From Haliotis rufescens (Eukaryota): a DNA stretch of 64,000 nucleotides. The notes under the pieces were generated by a model. It was given only the letters and a program-made list of their open reading frames with translations, made no database searches and was not told where the DNA came from. This document shows, piece after piece, positions 38,197-53,226 of the stretch. The stretch lies in assembly GCF_023055435.1 (NCBI RefSeq), contig NW_025963879.1, forward strand, positions 23,870,001-23,934,000, given 5' to 3'. Positions within the stretch are counted from its first letter, which is position 1, and each line of letters opens with the position of its first letter. The translations under genes were made by a program, and so were the position numbers.

Positions 38197-41133
38197 TCAC
38201 AAAACATCGCATCACGATATATTACCCTTAGACCACTCAGTTCCAGAGTGAATTTGGCAATTCCTCCCATCAACGAGAGAGCTATTGGTTCTGTGCTTCA
38301 CAACACGTCACAGTTTAGTAAATTTAGCAAAAGAATTACTGTAACTAATGCCATCTGATCACCAATTTAGTCACCTTCTATGACGTACAGTAATCAGGCG
38401 ACGAATTTAAGTAACATTCTAGACTCGTTTGGCTGTTTTCGTGTTTCACGTCATATGATCCTCCTATCTAACTCTGACTTGACCCTCCTGGGCCTGATTC
38501 CTCTGCAGAACACGTGGCAGAACAGTGGAACTTCCATCTGCATCAGTGTCGTCGGAATAACGTCTTTGAAGCTGTAACAAAACAGTGTTGCTTATTTGTG
38601 TTTTCCAGCGTGACGAGCAAGGATTAGTGTCTTGTAAAAATATTCATCTTACACATACATATCTCACAACATCACCAGGATACAGAGTGGAAATAGCTCC
38701 ATAACAACTGAAATTATGATTACAAACATGTCACATGGATTTATTTTCATATATAATTCCATATCATATAAATATATAATTTATAGAATCTACATGCGTT
38801 CAAAATTAGTACGGTCAATATCTAAAATTCCATCACAATTCCATGTAAAATTCAGATGTGTTCTACTGTGCGATATGTTCATGTTAGATTCACTAAAAGC
38901 AATATGTGAACAGCTGTATCGGGCTATTTAGATTAAATATAAATTGTGCAAACAATTACACACCTTGTCCAACTGGATATCTGTTCATATCATTCAAATA
39001 GTAAGGCTTGGGTGAGAGATTAAATACTTAAGAAATAAGTGGGAGTTGTTTATCGTACAATAAAAAACTGCAGGGAGAATAAACCATGAGGCCAAAACGA
39101 GTGGTCAAAAGTTTGGTGCAGTTGATGGAAAGGTATTCAGTTCTTAAGAAAAACAAGTCATTAACTATTTAATACTTAGTACTTATCTTAAAGTATGAAT
39201 TCAGTCTTAAATTATTACATCAGTGCAAATCTAGCAGAACGCAGGATGTACTTAAGGACCGAATTCAAAGTATCTAAACATATCTCAGTTCTAACCTCTC
39301 GTAACAAATGCGTATCTGTAGGACTCTCGTTTTTAAAACTTTATGTGCATTGAACCATCAGTCTACAATATCAAACGACAAACGTTTTATAAACGCTAGC
39401 AAAAAATGAATATTCTTTTCTTAAAATGAGGACTTAATTAATTTCAGGGCTTACAGAAACTGTGCATACAGAAGATTCTCATCTTAAAGTCCGGTTTATT
39501 AAGGACGTCCCAAAAACGAGGCTGCCAACCCCCATTTTGGTAAGTGGGATATAGGTGTCTATTTAGAGAATATTCGGTACTCAGCGATGTGGACTCCTAG
39601 AAGATCGTATTTGGTATGCAGGTTCAACATTAATTCCCAAAAATTGGTGTACGCAAATGTTTTCTTCATATATTTCTATTTTTCAGTAATTTTACTTGAA
39701 ATCGCACCCTTTTCTCAATGCTTTTGAGATTTGTGATGAGTTTCAGTAATAGGAAAATGAGACTGAAAACGGTATTCAGGACTCAGGAGAGAATGGGGTT
39801 GGCACCCTAAAAATGTAGAAAGGTTCATCCACGTAACGGTGTCTGGCCCGGAGTGACCTGGAATCCCCATGGAATGTGTTGATATACTTCTAGGGTGTTC
39901 ATGTAAACCCATTCTTGGCAGAGCTGCATTAGGCGTTTAACAAAGAGGCAAATGTCCATGTTCTTGTTTCAATACCCAAAATACTTCAAACTAGTTTCTA
40001 AAAACATCCTTAATAAACGTGGGACGCTGTTCTTACTATCAATCATAGGTTTGTCTGGTCACAGCTGGAATGTTGCGGAGTGCGGCGGAAAACAACAAGC
40101 AGCCTATTGAAGGTCTCACCGTGGTGATTCCGGGTCAGTATAGGTATTAGTATAGTCAAGGCGACCAAATGGATGCGATGTTCAGGCTCCACCACTTGGT
40201 TGAGGCAGTGTCATCGAGACCCAACGACTTTGGATGTATCTCGGGATGTCAATCACTTGTTTCTCGCGTCCATACTCGATTATTTACCGTCATATACATG
40301 TAGCTTGAATATCGCGGCTTTGACCAACATAGAATTACAGTGGATTCATTTATTTGTAACGCACATGAACGGCACACTCTGTGATAAAATGTTCATAGCT
40401 TCAAGTGCATTCGTTCACTGCATTTTATGGCGCTTCAAAAAACATTGCATCACGATTTATCTCCCTTAGACCGATCAACAGCCAAGTGAATGTAACACGT
40501 CCTCACTGCAGGAACGAGAGAGCAATCGGTTCTGTTTCATAAAGCGAAACAGTTCAGTAAAGCTACAATAACAATCAGTACATTTAATGTATAAATGTAC
40601 AATAGTAGTTTCAGGTGATTCTGTTGAACACTGAGGCTCATATTTTACTTACATTCGTCCCATCTTCTGCTTATTGTTCTCAGCATAGCAAGCAAGGATA
40701 AGTGTCATGTAAATATCAATCCAACACCACCATAGCTTACACCACCTCTAGTTATAACACCGAAGGATTAACTCGGTGTTGCACTCACGTTATCATTACA
40801 AACAGGAAAAACACATCATACGGATGATCTGGTATTCGGAAATAATTGATCAACTTTAAATCGAAGTATATAATATATAAAATTAGACAATGCTCAGAAT
40901 AGATCTCAATACGAGCAGTACACGAAGAATGTGTAAACAAGTTAAATCTTCATTCATCACATTCAAATAGTAAGGCTAAGATGCGAGCTTCAACACAAAC
41001 GTAAAATGTGATTTTACCAAATACAGTGAAAGGTGCTTACAGGTAAATACACAATGACATATATCACTACACTTAAATCCCCCAACAAAGACGTGACTAT
41101 AGTTTATTGAAAGGAGACTTGTGACATGTTCAC

Positions 41134-43578
41134 TCACTTACATGTAAATACCTTCACTTCATCTGACATACACACGTACATACGGCCACGCCCACCATAA
41201 CACACTCCACATGGATACTGGACACCATCCTGTGATGTCAGCATGTTTCTAACAAACTGTCCTGACTCAGTCAGATGGAGGACTCTGTGTAGATGGTTGT
41301 CTGTCACCAGGATGTCTCCTGTGCTGGTAGTTGTGATACCACGTGGATACTTCAGTGATGTGTTTCCTGTAGTGCTGTAGGTGAACACAACATCTCCCTC
41401 GGGAGCCAGACACATGACACACTTGGATCCACTGTCAGACACCAGGATGTTTCCTGTCCTCGTGGTACAGAGGAAGGAGGAATGCTTCAAGATGTATCTA
41501 CTAGGTTGGCCTGGACAAATTCACCTCAGGACGTGTCCCGTCATATCCAGGATATCAACACAGAGAGGGAAGGCGGAACTTGCTGCTAGTGTTGATGGTG
41601 TCACAGACGTTATACCCCAGTACCGTTTGCTGGTTTTGATGGTTGACAGCAGCACCAGGTCAGGGTTGACTTGTACAGATAAAATCTGTCTGGAACCCGG
41701 CACAGTGACAGCCACCTGGTTGTCCTTCAACTTTGTTATACCAAACGGAGTACCACACACACTGAGCCTGCTGTGACCTGGCTGCTTGTTCCTGGTGTAG
41801 AAGGACTTCACACTGTTGTTGTTGTTGTCTGTGACTACCACTGTGTTTGTACCATTCACAACTAACACCGTCATGTCAATGAGGTTTGCTCCATATGTAT
41901 CTCCTGCTACTCTGGTGTTAATGGTGTCCTGTAACACAGGAGTAGCCTTCAGGTCCAGCACGTTAATGGTGTCCTGTAACACAGGAGTAGCCTTCAGGTC
42001 CAGCACACCCTTATACAGGACGTCTATCTCACCCAGCTGTAGATCGTCCAGTGCTCTACTCAGCTTGTCCGTGTCCTGTCTGAACATGATCCTGGCTATT
42101 CTTCCCTTCTCCTTCACGTCTGTGACTCCGACAGCCTCCACATCACCGGCCTCACATCCCTGGTACATCTCATACACACCCATGTCACACTCAGATTGTA
42201 GAGTCTGGTCTATCAGCACAGCCTGTTGTTGGTACATCTGTACTGACATCTCACCTGACTTTATGTCTGCTTTCAGTTCTCCAATGTGTCTGCCAGACAT
42301 TTCTTTCAGTTCAGCCAAAAGTTTCCGTTCCTTGACTTTGATCATCTCTATTGCTTTGAGACTTGCAGACTTGATATTCGATTCTATTTGTAAGTAAAGT
42401 GTTAATGCTTCATTGACTTTGGAGTTTTGTTTACCAATATGTGTTTTCATCTCGTCCTGTTTCTTCAACAAATCCTCTTTATTCCTTCTCAACTCGGTTT
42501 CCATTGCAGGAATCTCTGACTCAATTTCAACAACCAAGTCACATTTCCTGTGATGGATAGTGCAGCATGTTTGACAAACAGCTGTTTTACAATCTTTACA
42601 AATATATTTGATATTTTCATCTTTGTGAATTTTACACATGACCTTTCTCTTGACCCTAACCTTTGTCTCTCTAGACAGGTCAACTACGTCATGGTGTCGG
42701 GAAGATGGAATTCGTCTGTGTACTCGAATACATCGTTCACAGAGTGCGTCGTCACAAACAGAGCACCAAGATGTAGCCGGAGTTGTCTCCCCTTCCTCCT
42801 TGCAATAACTGCAGTGAGTGGTATCTGAAATATGAATGTAATCATGTAGAGATAGTAACAGTTCTATATCACTATCTATTACAAAACTTCATGTGGCATA
42901 TCACTCGCACGTGTGAGACAACATGCATCAATAACATCCCAATACGACGTAATGTGAAATATTATGTAAATAACATTGGATTTGTCTCACTGATAGAAAT
43001 CGCCATATAGATCTCAGAAAAAACAGCGATTGTGTCTGAGATAGACCTTAGACCATCTCTCTTTCGAATCATGTCTGGATAATCGTTGTTACTTGTTAAA
43101 ACAGTGTACACGAAACGATTTCATGGTCTACATACAGCCTACAAACAACTTAATAAATGACTTTCGATATATTTTGAAACCATACAAAATATCTTCTCAC
43201 TCAACATACATTCCTATAATCCAGTCAGGTGTGGAGTTGCCTGCTTAGAAGTAACATTTATATTCATACAAACCACAAACTCTCACCTTTAGATCCGGGG
43301 CCAAACGAGTCCAAGAGTCCCTGGATGACAAAGCTGGGCTTGACGTCATCCGCCCACTCCTCCACTGGTCTCTCAGGGGCAGACACTTTCGTCATCTAGC
43401 TGCAGAATGGACACAGGAGAGATTTGGCACTGATGGCTTCTGGTCTGGTTTTGGTGTAGTTGACGACACATTTCCGACAGAAGGTGTGATTACATACAAG
43501 TGTACAGGCCTTGTCAAACACCTCTGTACATATCGTGCATGTCAGGAAGTGTTCTGTTAACTTCTGGGAGGTCGCCAT
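41134..43578 (-). pseudogene. TRIM-NHL copy 4, two nonsense mutations
   Basis: Exons 43578-43287 and 42824-41134. AAG->TAG at 43396-43398, just after the RING; TCA->TGA at 41521-41523 in the NHL domain. Confidence 0.88.
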
Positions 43579-43648
43579 CTTACCTACACAAAGATCAACC
43601 AGCCGTTGTATTTCCGGTGTACACAAAAGACAAATTTTAGCCACAATC

Positions 43649-44375
43649 TGACTGGTAGAGCGTCCACCCGGAGAGCCGAAGGTCCGGGGTTCGATCCCCG
43701 CCCGCGTCACACAGAAAGACGTTAAAAGATGGTACTTGTTGTTACCCTGTCTGGCGCCCGGCATTAAGGGTCTAAAACAAGGACTGGTCGACTCGGAGTC
43801 AGTATACTGTGTCTGAGTGGGGTATTCATGTTAAACTGCGGCATGGTATCTCAGTGAGCTAGCACTATAAATCGGCATCAGTCACACAAACACACACGTA
43901 CGCACATGCATGTCGCTATATCAGTGCAATAATCTTGGACGCGACGTTAAACCCCATTTTACCTCACCTCACAATCCGAGCGTACAGTTCTTGAACACTG
44001 ACACTAAGACACTAAGGGGGACTTATTTACTGTCCCGTTCAAAACTAAGAAAGGGTATATTGTATCCTCCCATTCACCGACTGGATCGTCCAGATCTTGA
44101 AACAATTAACAAATATCCCGTTTCATAAGACCCATGAAGATTTGGGGTAGAATAGATCTTCAGCAACCTGTGCTTGCAGTCAAAGGCAACTGTGCTTGTC
44201 GTAAGAGGCGACAAACGGGATTGGGTGGTTTATGCATGTCATCATATCCCAATTGTGTGGATCAACGCTCATTATGTCAATCACTGGATTGTCTGGTCCA
44301 GACTCGATTATTTACAGACCGCCGTCATACAGCTGGAATATTGCTGAGTGCGGCCTTAAACAACAAACAAACAAA
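43649..44375 (+). mobile_element. MetaSINE-like element (43649-43969) plus SINE family A (44129-44375), unit 4
   Basis: Near-identical to 27623-28355. Confidence 0.78.
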
Positions 44376-44472
44376 AGAAAAGTTATCTCAGATGTATGCA
44401 TTTCTTATGAACAACCTAACATCCAGCTCTAATAGTGTGTATATATGTGTGTCTGTCTGTGTGGTGTGTGCG

Positions 44473-44544
<72 letters not shown>

Positions 44545-45577
44545 CATTGTGCAGGTGCATTTACAACATGAAGTGCGTGCACTTGTGAACCGTGTGCAGT
44601 GTATCGATTACGTGACATAGTTATGGGGTGACACCCACTCATTACCATATCGAAAGTAGGAGACATTATTACAGTTCACATAATAAAGAACCATATCAGA
44701 TGTGAAATAATACAGTTATGTGGAATTATTTTCCCGTATGGTTTACTGAAGCATTTGTCTGGGATCATGTCAGTAACAACTGTAACAGACACACGTGATA
44801 TATACATACACGTACATAGGGATCAGTCTCAGTATTGAAGTCAAGTGGCCGATCAGAGTATTTAATGACAGTGGATCTTTAAAGTATTCCGGTGAGCCTA
44901 CATGTTATATTTAATTAGGTGCCCGGTTATGAGAATCTGCCTGGAGATGACTGTATAGTTAGATGAACCCTTGTGGTGTTACCACTACACAGTAGGACAG
45001 GTTTGTAGCGTTAAAAGTGAAGCAGACACAAGCCTTGTGACAACACACTTACCTGAGACAAACGGGTTACCGCTGTGGAGGGAAATTGAGCCATTGTGAG
45101 TTTCGTTACCAACTCGTGTCAAAGTAGGACAAGCTGCTTGCAGGTTACAGAAATAGCGGCGAGTGGAGGCGAATGGGCGTTTTGTATTTGTTCTAAATAC
45201 ATTGGGTCTAGATTAGATTAATTAAAAGCCGCTTTCATGGAGCTGGAATAATCCTGAGTGCCGCGACAACAACAAACAAACTTACAGACTGACATGATAC
45301 AGCTGTAATATTGATGACAGGAAAACTACAAATATTTACTCAAAAATAAGTTACGATACTCACTTCTTCCAGGTTTCCTTCACCTGTTTAACATAATTAT
45401 TTACCAACATACAGTGGCTAATATCTCTGTAAGCTGCTCTCAAACTAATTGTTTCAAGCTCACTTGGTGGGTACAATGTACAATAAGCACAAAGTCGTAA
45501 ATGCTGTATCTTTCTGTACTTTGCATCAAGCATCGATAGCACAACAGTGATTACATGTTCGTGTTATCACACGCAAA

Positions 45578-46939
45578 CGTATATGTACATTGGATTAATT
45601 AATGTGGAACATATATCGACAGCACGAACAGTGATGTCCATGTTTTCACATACAACATTCATCCTTGAAGCATGTATACTGAACCAAATTAAAAACTTCA
45701 CAATCCTAAAATTTTAACATTTTGACCAGTTATCATTGTGGGCCCTTATTGTGTCTATAAACACTAATGGCCACGAGTTGTCTTCAGGTAACACCCATTT
45801 TTGTGCAGGTGAATCGATCAAACTCAAGTGCACAGCACCATAGTGGAAAAAGTGTTTTTTTCACGTGCAACTGGTCACGCGGCCATAAAACACCGCACGT
45901 TTTTTCAGCCATACTTGTTAGCAGTCATTAACAAAAAAAGAAAAACACAGGAAAACAAAAGTCTTTACGGCCATTTGTCATGCCACGCCTTTCAAATGTG
46001 CAACGTGAACGTGCCAACGGCATGTTGCAGACGGGAACGTCCGTAGCTGAAGTCGCAAGGACGATGGGTTGTAGTCCTGTTTGTGATTTACAGACGCGTC
46101 TACAGCTAACGGGTACCACCGCTGATCGCCCTCGGCCAGGTCGGCCACGTGTGACGTCACATGCAGAGGATCGTCAGATTGTCTTACGTCACCTCTGTAA
46201 CCGATTTTTGACGGCTACATCAACCAGAAACGAACTGTTTAGGGATAGACTGAGTGCGCAAACTGAAACTGTTCGAAACCGTCTGAGAACTGCTCATCTT
46301 CAAGCACGACGGCCATACTGTGGGCCGATTCTGACTCAGACGTCAACGTCAATTGTTGACACAGTGACACTTACGATGGACTCAATTGGAATCAAGTCGT
46401 CTTCAGTAATGAATCCCGATTTAATCTTCGATTTTCTGATGGTAGGGCGAGGGTGTGGAGGCGCCGTCATGAACGTTACGCCCAGAGTGTGTACAGGAAG
46501 TTGACAGATTTCGAGGCGGAAGTGTCATGGTGTGAGGTGCTTTCTGTGGCAATGCACGTTCCAGGTTTCTTGTCATCCGTGGCAACCTCATCGCTGCTGC
46601 TTGCCGCGACCGGGTACTAGCACCAGAACTTCTGCCTTTGATGGCAGCACATGGACCCGGTTTGATCTTCCAACACGACAATGCCAGACCCCACACAGCA
46701 ATTTTGACGATACTGAACTTGTGTGCCAACAGATTCTCGTGCTTGGGACTTATGACTTAAACTGTTGATGTTATTAGCAAATACCGTAGGTGCTTGGAAC
46801 AAATTATGGTTACCTTCGTTAATTAAAATCCGTCTTTTGACATTAATGATTAAAAATTACCTTCTCTGATACATTTGGCCGTTGTATATTATATATGGGA
46901 TTACCTTTAAAAATGTTTAAGTTTATGATTTGACTGGCT
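45578..46939 (+). mobile_element. Tc1 transposon, defective, unit 4
   Basis: Paralog of 36831-38196 with extra indels and a stop. Confidence 0.88.
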
Positions 46940-49795
46940 TCACAAAACATCGCATCATGATTTATTACCCTTAGATCACTCAGTTCCAGAGTGAATTTGG
47001 CAATTCCTCCCAACAACGAGAGAGCTATTGGTTCTGTGCTTCACAACACGCCACAGTTTAGTAAATTTAGCAAAAGAATTACTGTAACTAATGCTTAGCA
47101 GCCGTTGGGACCAACTGATCACCAATTTAGTCACCTTCTATGACGTACAGAAATCAGGCGACGAATTTAAGTAACATTCTAGACTCGTTTGGCTGTTTTC
47201 GTGTTCGACGTCATATGATCCGCCTATCTAACTCTGACTTGACTCTCCTGGGCCTGAATCCTCTGCAGGACACGTGGCAGAACAGTGGAACTTCCATCCG
47301 CATCAGTGTCGTCGGAATAACGTCTTTAAAGCTGTAACAAAACAGTGTTGCTTATTTGTGTTTTCCAGGGTGACGAGCAAGGATTAGTGTCTTGTAAAAA
47401 TATTCATCTTACACATACATGTCTCACAACATCACCAGGATACAGAGTGGAAATAGCTCCATAACAACTGAAATTATGATAACAAACATGTCACATGGAT
47501 TTATTTTCATATATAATTCCATATCATATAAATATATAATTTATAGAATCCACATGCGTTCAAAATTAGTACGGTCAATATCTAAAATTACACACCTTGT
47601 CCAACTGGATATCTGTTCATATCATTCAAATAGTAAGGCTTGGGTGAGAGATTAAATACTTAAGAAATAAGTGGGAGTTGTTTATCGTACAATAAAAAAC
47701 TGCAGGGAGAATAAACCATGAGGCCAAAACGAGTGGTCAAAAGTTTGGTGCAGTTGATGGACAGGTGTCCAGTTCTTTAGAAAAGCAAGTCATTAACTAT
47801 TTAATACTTAGTACTTATCTTAAAGTATGAATTCAGTCTTAAATTATTACATCAGTGCAAATCTAGCAGAACGCAGGATGTACTTATGAACCGAATTCAA
47901 AGTATCTAAACATATCTCAGTTCTAACCTCTCGAAATAAATGCGTATCTGTAGGACTCTCGTTTTTAAAACTTTATGTGCGTTCAACCATTAGTCTACAA
48001 TATCAAACGACAAACGTTTTATAAACGCTAGCAAAAAATGTATATTCTTTTCTTAAAATGAGGACTTAATTAATTTCAGGGCTTACAGATACTGTGCATA
48101 CAGAAGATTCTCAACTTGAAGTCCGGTTTATTAAGGACGTCCCAAAAACGAGGCTGCCAACCCCCATTTTGGTAAGTGGGATTTAGGGGTCTATTTAGAG
48201 CGTATTCTGTACTCAGCGATGTGGACTCCTAGAAGATCGTATTTGGTATGCAGGTTCAACATTAATTCTAAAAAATTGGTGTACGCAAATGTTTTCTTCA
48301 TATATTTCTTTTTTCTATTTTTCAGTAATTTTACTTGAAATCGCACCCTTTTCTCAATGCTTTTGAGATTTGTGATGAGTTTCAGAAATAGGAAAATGAG
48401 ATTGTAAACGGTATTCAGGACTCAGAAGAGAATGGGGTTGGCACCCTAAAAATGTAGAAAGGTTCATCCACGTAACGGTGTTTGGCCCGGAGTGACCTGG
48501 AATCCCCACGGAATGTGTTGATATACTTCTAGGGTGTTCATGTAAACCCATTCTTGGCAGAGCTGCATTAGGCGTTGAACAAAGAGGCAAATGTCCATGT
48601 TCTTGTTTCAATACCCAAAATACTTAAAACTAGTTTCTAAAAACATCCTTAATAAACGTGGGACGCTGTTCTTACTATCAATCAGAGGTTTGTCTGGTCA
48701 TAGCTGGAATATTGCAGAGTGCGGCGGAAAACAACAAGCAGCCTATTCAAGGTCTCCCCGCCGTAATTCCGGGTCAGTATAGGTCCTCGGCACCCTGTGC
48801 TTGTTGTTCGAGGCGACCAAATGGATGCGATTGTCAGACCCCGTCACTTGGTTGATTCAGTGTCATCATGACCCAACGACTTGAATGTTCCTTGTGATGT
48901 CAATCACTGGTTTCTTGCGTCCATACTCGATTATTTACCGTCATATACATGTAGCTTGAATATTGCAGCGTTGACCAACGTAGAATTACAGTGGATTCAT
49001 TTATTTGTAACACACATAAACGGCACACTCTGTGGTAGAATGTTCATAGCTTTAAGTGCATTCGTTCACAGCATTTGATGGCGCTTCAAAAGCATTGCAT
49101 CACGATTTATCTCCCTTAGACCGATCAACGGCCAAGTGAATGTAACACGTCCTCACTGCAGGAACGGGAGAGCAATCGGTTCTGTGTTTCATAACGCGAA
49201 ACAGTTAAGTAAAGCTACCAAAACAATTAGTACATTTAATGTATATATCTATATACATCTATATCATGTGATTGTGTTGAACACTGATACCTATATTTCA
49301 CGTATATCTGTCCCATCTTCTGCTTATTGTCCTCAGCATAGCAAGCAAGGATTACTGTCATGTAAATATCCATCCTACACCGCCATAGCTCACACCACCT
49401 TTAGTTATAACACAGAAGGATTAGCTCCGTGTTACACTCGCGTTATGATTACAAACATGAAAAACACATCATACGGACGATCTGGTATTCAGAAATAATG
49501 AATCCACTTTTATTCGAAGTTCATAATACATTAAATTAGACAATGCTCAAAATAGATTATAGTGATACGAGCAGTACACGAAAAGCCATGTCTTGCTACT
49601 CAGATAACACATAAAATGTTTACACAAGTTAAATCTTCATTCACAATTCATTCAACGCAAATGTAGAATGTGATTTTACCAAATACAGTGAAATGTGCTT
49701 ACAGTTAAATACACAATGACACATATCACTGCACATAAATCCCCCAACAAAGACGTGACTATAGTTTATTGAAAGGAGACTTGTGACATGTTCAC

Positions 49796-52220
49796 TCACT
49801 TACAGCATGTAAATACCTTCACGCTATCTGGTGTACACACGTACATACAGCCACGCCCACCAACACATACTCCACATGGACTCTGGACACCATCCTGTGA
49901 TGTCAGCATGTTTCTAACAAACTGTCCTGACTCAGTCAGATGGAGGACTCTGTGTAGATGGTAGTCTGTCACCAGGATGTCGCCTGTGCTGGTGCTGGTG
50001 ATACCAAGTGGATACTTCAGTGATGTGTCTCCTGTAGGGCTGTAGTTGAACACCACATCTCCCTCGGGAGTCAGACACACAACACACATGGATCCCGTGT
50101 CACACACCAGGATGTTTCCTGTCCTCGTGGTACAGAGGAAGTAGGGATACTTCAAGATGCATCTACTAGGTTGTCCTGGACAAATTGACTTCAGCACGTG
50201 TCCCGCCATATCCAGGATATCAACACAGGGAGGGGAGCTGGAACTTGCTGCTAGTGTTGATGGTGTCAGAGACGTTATACCCCAGTACTGTTTGCTGGTT
50301 TTGATGGTTGACAGCAGCATCAGGTCAGGGTTGACTTGTACTGTTACAATCTGACTGGAACCCAGCACAGTGACAGCCACCTGGTTGTCCTTCAACATTG
50401 TTATACCTTACGGAGGACCACACACACTGAGCCTGCTGAGACATGGCTGCTTGTTCCTGGTGTAGAAGGACTTCACACTGTTGTTGTTGTTGTCTGTGAC
50501 TACAACTGTGTCTGTACCATTCACCACAAACACCTTCACGTCAGTGGGGCATGCCCCATATGTATCTCCTGCTACTCTGGTGTTAATGGTGTCCTGTAAC
50601 ACAGGAGTCGCCTTCAGGTCCAGCACGTTAATGGTGTCCTGTAACACAGGAGTAGCCTTCAGGTCCAGTACATCCTCATACAGGACGTCTATCTCACCCA
50701 GCTGTAGATCGTCCAGTGCTCTACTCAGCTTGTCCGTGTCCTGTCTGAACATGATCCTGGCTATTCTTCCCTTCTCCTTCATGTCTGCGACTCCGACAGC
50801 CTCCACATCACCGGCCTCACATCCCTGGTACATCTCATACACACCCATGTCACACTCAGATTGTAGAGTCTGGTCTATCAGCTCAGCCTGTTGTTGGTAC
50901 ATCTGTACTGACATCTCACCTGACTTTATGTCTGCCTTCAGTTCTTCAATGTGTTTGTCAGACATTTCTTTCAGTTCAGCCAAAAGTTTCCGTTCTTTGA
51001 TTTTCATCACCTCTATTGCTTTGAGACTTGCAGACTTGATATTCGATTCTATTTGTAAGTAATGCTTTAATGCTTCATCTACTTTGGGGGTTTGTTTACC
51101 AATATGTGTTTTCATCTCATCGTGTTTCTTCAACAAATCCTCTTTATTCCTTCTCAGCTCGGTTTTCATGGCAGGAATCTCTGACACAATTTCTACAACC
51201 AAGTCACATTTCCTGTGATGGATAGTGCAGCATGTTTGACAAACAGCTGTTTTACAATCTTTACAAATATATTTGATATTTTCATCTTTGTGAATTTTAC
51301 ACATGACCTTTCTCTTGACCTTAACCTTTGTCTCTCTAGACAGGTCAACTACGTCATGGTGACGGGAAGATGGAATTCGTCTGTGTACTCGAATACATCG
51401 TTCACAGAGTGCGTCGTCACAAACAGAGCACCAAGATGTAGCCGGAGTTGTCTCCCCTTCCTCCTTGCAATAACTGCAGTGAGTGGTATCTGAAATATGA
51501 ATGTAATTATGTAGAGATAGCAACAGTTCTATATCACTATCTATTACAAAACTTCATGTGGCATATCACTCACACGTGTGAGACAACATGCATCAATAAC
51601 ATCCCAATACGACGTAATGTGAAATATTATGTAAATAACATTGGATTTGTCTCACTGATAGAAATCGCCATATAGATCTCAGAAAAAACAGCGATTGTGT
51701 CTGAGATAGACCTTAGACCATCTCCCTTTCGAATCAGTTCCGGATAATCGTTGTTACTTGTTAAAACAGTGTACACGAAACGATTTCATAGTCTACATAC
51801 AGCCTACAAACAACTTAATAAATGACTTTCGATATATTTTGAAACCATACAAAATATTTTCTCACTCAACACACATTCCTATAATCCAGTCAGGTGTGGA
51901 GTTACCTGCTTAGAAATAACATTTATATTCATACAAACCACAAACTCTCACCTTTAGATCCGGGGCCAAACGAGTCCAAGAGTCCCTGGATGACAAAGCT
52001 GGGCTTGACGTCATCCGCCCACTCCTCCACTGGTCTCTCAGGGGCAGACACTTTCGTCATCTTGTTGCAGAATGGACACAGGAGAGACTTGGCACTGATG
52101 GCTTCTGGTCTGGTTTTGGTGTAGTTGACGACACATTTCCGACAGAAGGTGTGATTACATACAAGTGTACAGGGCTTGTCAAACACCTCTGTACATATCG
52201 TGCTTCTGGGAGGTCGCCAT
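49796..52220 (-). pseudogene. TRIM-NHL copy 5, 23-nt deletion in RING exon plus nonsense codon
   Basis: First coding exon 52220-51952 is 269 nt versus 292 in the others (deletion at ~52203 removes the first RING Cys and shifts frame). Exon 51489-49796 has TAA at 50408-50410 where copies 1, 2 and 6 have TGG. Confidence 0.88.
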
Positions 52221-52295
52221 CTCAGCTACAAAAAGACAAAAGCACCTGTTGTATTTCCGGTGTACACAAAAGACAAATTTTAGCCACAATCCGAG

Positions 52296-53050
52296 TGGTA
52301 GATCGTCGACCCGGAGAGCGGAAGGTCCTGGGTTCGATCCCCGCCCGCGTCATACCGAAAGATGTTAAAAGATAGTACTTGTTGTTACTCTGTCTGGCGC
52401 TCGGCATTAAGGGTCTAAAACAAGGACTGGTCGACTCGGAGTCAGTATACTGTGTCTGAGTGGGATATTAATGTTAAACTGAGGCATGGTATCTTAGTGA
52501 GCTAGCACTATAAATCGGCTTCAGTCCGGACTATTACAAGCAGCTACACAAACAAACACGTACGTACATGCATGTCGCTATAAAACTCCAGTAATGTTGG
52601 ACGCGACGTTAAACCCCGTTTTATCTCACCTCACCTCACAATCCGAGCGTACAGTTCTTGAACAAGTGACACTAAGACTTGACTGTAGTAGGGGGACTTA
52701 TTCATTGTCCTGTTCAAAACTAAGAAAGGGTATATTGCATCATCCCATTCACCGACTGGATCATCCAGATCTTGAAACAAGTAACAAATATCCCGTTTCA
52801 TACTTGACCCGTGAAGATTCGGGATAGAATAGATCTTCAGCAATCCATGCTTGCAGTAAAAGGCGACTATGCTTGTCGTAAGAGGCGACTAACGGGATCG
52901 GGTGGTCTGGCTCGCTGACTTGGTTGATGCATGTCATCGTATCCAAATTGTGTGGAACTGGATTGTCTGGTCCAGACTCGATTATTTACAGACCGCCGTC
53001 ATATAACTGAAATATTGCTGAGTGCGGCGTTAAACAACAAACAAACAAAA
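52296..53050 (+). mobile_element. MetaSINE-like element (52296-52636, TSD cacaatccgag) plus SINE family A (52807-53050), unit 5
   Basis: Same insertion sites as units 2, 4 and 6, but more complete versions. Confidence 0.78.
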
Positions 53051-53148
53051 GAAAACATTTGATGTATGCATTCCTTATGAACAAGCTAACATCCAGCTTT
53101 AATAGTGTGTATATATGTGTGTCAGTCTGTGTGGTGTGTGCGTGTTTC

Positions 53149-53226
<78 letters not shown>

